64,000 nt of DNA. Source: Raillietiella orientalis. Its lineage: Eukaryota. The stretch spans positions 5,332,001-5,396,000 of the forward strand of contig JAYWIR010000007.1 in assembly GCA_036172245.1 (NCBI GenBank), written 5' to 3'. Below the pieces are notes generated by a model. The model saw only the letters and a program-made list of their open reading frames with translations, was not told the DNA's origin and made no database searches. The translations under genes and the position numbers were made by a program. Positions 61,766 to 64,000 of the stretch are shown here, piece by piece (the first letter of the stretch is position 1; each line of letters begins with the position of its first letter).

Positions 61766-64000
61766 ATGTCCGCAGCCGTAAAGCGCGTTCTCGAATCTTC
61801 TCGTCGCGTCCGAGTGGCCTGTTGGAACGTCAACGGGCTGCAGGACAACGAGAAGGGGCGATTGGTTGCTAACGTTTTGCACGACTTCGATCTGGCCCTG
61901 CTGCAGGAGATTCACGCTCTCACCGAACAGCAAGCGGCCAATCTTGCAGATCGCGCAGGCGGGACGCTCCATTGGAAGAATACTTCTCCCAGAATACCTG
62001 CGGAGTAGCATACCTTGTCCGGGGCAAGGTGGCGGTGCGGTGCGGAACGCTTGTTCCGACGAGGAAGGTCGTGTGGGCCAACTTGTTCTCAAGTGGTCCG
62101 AATCGATCGACCTTGTCGTCACGAACGTGTACGCGCCGTGTGGCTCCGTGCGTCACACCGAGAAACTCGGTGACCACCCCATGCCGTCCGAGCTGTCCGA
62201 CCACCACAGGCTGGAATTTGAGCTACTCCCGCCTGGAAAGGGCCCTCTGACGCACGTCTGGAGGTTGCCGACCGACTGGCTGAAGAACCCAGTGGCTGCG
62301 GAACACCTCCGCCAGCATCTCCAGGGCTTGGTCGTTCGAGAGCTTGCGGACTGGGAAGAGTTTTGCTGCCGGTTTCCCATGCTCCCCTGCTGCTTCTGGG
62401 AAAGCGTGGCCAACGGCAGACCGTTTTTGCAGGTCCGCACTTCTTCCCGCTTCCCGGACGTCCGGCATCTTGCGGAATAGAAGGCGAAAGCTGAGCGCCA
62501 TGTCTGGCACTCAAGAGCGGCTTGTCTGCTTGACGAACAGGGCCTGGAATGCTCGGCCTACGGCTTTTGCCGGCCGATGCCCCTGCTGTCAACGAGGAGG
62601 AACGCGCAACCTTGGATCTGCCCTTCACGGCGGGAAAAGTGCCTTCTTCCGCCATAGCGTGCCTGAAGAGGCGAAAGTCTCCTGGTGAGGATGGCCTGCC
62701 TGAGGAGTTCTTCCAGTGCTTCGCGGCGGAACTCATCCCTTTCTTCGCTGATACGAGAGTCCGAATCACCTTGGTGAATACAGGCGTCTTCTTGTAATCC
62801 AAGCTGTGGGTTGCGCGCTTAGGAAGAATCGCGGAATCCGTGGTAAGTCCGGAGCAGTCGTACGCTGTTCCCGGACGGTCCATGGAGGCGAACCTTTTCT
62901 TCGCGCGCACACGGATACAGCTACAGCTGCGCGTTGCGCGCTGTAGCTGTAGCTGTGGTAGGGAAAACGTGAGCGCTTACGGCGAGAGGAAACGCCGGGT
63001 GCCTTGTCGCTCGCGGTCGATCTCTATAAAGCGTTCTACTGTGTCAACTAGAAACTTCTTTAGAGTGTGGTCGTTCGTGTCGGTGCGGCGTTGGTGGGGC
63101 AGTCCTACTGGATCTGCCTGGAGATCCCCACGGCCAGGTATTTCGAGTATCTTGTGGAAGTTCGTCGTTGCCCCCCTCTTTCGCCTGCTCTTTTTCGTTT
63201 GCCCGCCCCCTTGCTCGGCCAAGCTACAGGCAACTTGCCTGTTCAGAAACGCTCTGTGGGGTCCAGCGAGGTCCAGGATCCGACTCAAGGACTTGGTGAC
63301 CCGGATCCTGAACGCCGGCTTAGGCATCCTGACATTGGAGCGCATCGAACTGCAGTTGCAGCTCCAGATGTTGGCGCTTGGTGCCAACTATGGTCGTCCC
63401 CTTGGTGTGCTCCCGCGCGCCTGCTACAGAGGCGCTGCGTCGGTAGCGAGGGACTGCTTTCGCTTCTGCCGCATGTGGAACACGCCACGAAGAACTTTGG
63501 TTTCCCCCTGAAACCCATCTACAGGCTGTTGCAAGCCCATTCTTGGATCTCCTGCCGCCCTGCCAACTTCAGCGCCTGGAGGCAGGAAGCCTTATCTTTC
63601 TGGGCCAAGCATCTGGAAGTGCCACTTACGCAACTACGTTGCGTGCGACTCTTCCCTTATTTTCCACTGGAGGATGTGATGCAAGACCAGGGCAAGTGGA
63701 CGAGCCTGGCCACCACGCCGCTCGCCTGTCTGCCCTGAGGGCAAGAGTAGACAGTTGCCTACTGGCAAGGTGGGAGGTCTTCTGCAACATTGCAGGAGCC
63801 ACCCGACCCATGGATGGCTGGAGAATTAGCGAGCTGGCACACGCCGTCACGCCTTGCAACATCGCGAAGGGAATCCTTCCGTGGAGCGTGAACTGTGTGC
63901 TTACCGAAGTACTTGTGGTCCCTCCGTCTCTCAACACCTCAAGTGTTCCCTCTTGTATGGAAACAGGACGTGTTTCTGCTGGTGCATTGGGGCTTTCATT
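61766..64000 (+). pseudogene. LINE ORF2 (APE endonuclease + reverse transcriptase), frameshifted with internal deletions
   Basis: ACWNVNGL, LLQEIH, GVAYLV, NVYAP, LSDHH, WRL, KSPGEDGLPEEFF, PEQSYAVPGRSM, DLYKAF, LWGPARSRIRLKDL...AGLG. The GDFN, QG and YADD segments are missing. Confidence 0.9.

Larger units (their letters stand above)
59830..64000 (+). mobile_element. L1/Tx1-type LINE with a nearly complete 5' end (5'UTR, ORF1, ORF2), multiply deleted, running off the window
   Basis: Gag-like ORF1 followed by an APE-RT ORF2; the 5' boundary is approximate. Confidence 0.9.

Overview
Eukaryotic (invertebrate) genomic DNA. The very small spliceosomal introns (41-61 nt) and a Woc/ZMYM gene are consistent with a compact-genome animal such as a clade I nematode; this is inference, not identification. 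Bases 1-~11,150 are AT-rich and hold a head-to-head pair of intron-containing genes: a Woc/ZMYM-type MYM zinc-finger gene (minus strand, running off the window) and a complete KCTD3/SHKBP1-type BTB + WD40-like gene (plus strand). Each appears to need one GC-AG intron. From ~11.2 kb the sequence turns GC- and CpG-rich and is largely a graveyard of L1/Tx1-type non-LTR retrotransposons: several clear fragments, some doubtful relics, and one internally deleted copy with a nearly complete 5' end at ~59.8-64 kb. It also has a recent ~6.4-kb direct segmental duplication (11,868-18,281 vs 34,044-42,136) and a few small gene-like ORFs, including a PKA-R/Dpy-30 D/D-domain ORF, a 177-aa repeat-bearing ORF and a BAG-like exon. 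The most unusual object is a 1,671-bp insertion found only in the second duplicate. It ends in the same ~36-nt terminus as a resident LINE plus an A-rich tail, but carries an unrelated ~449-codon antisense frame. No CRISPR array, rRNA or intact tRNA was seen. All family assignments come from motif recognition by eye; no database search was run.
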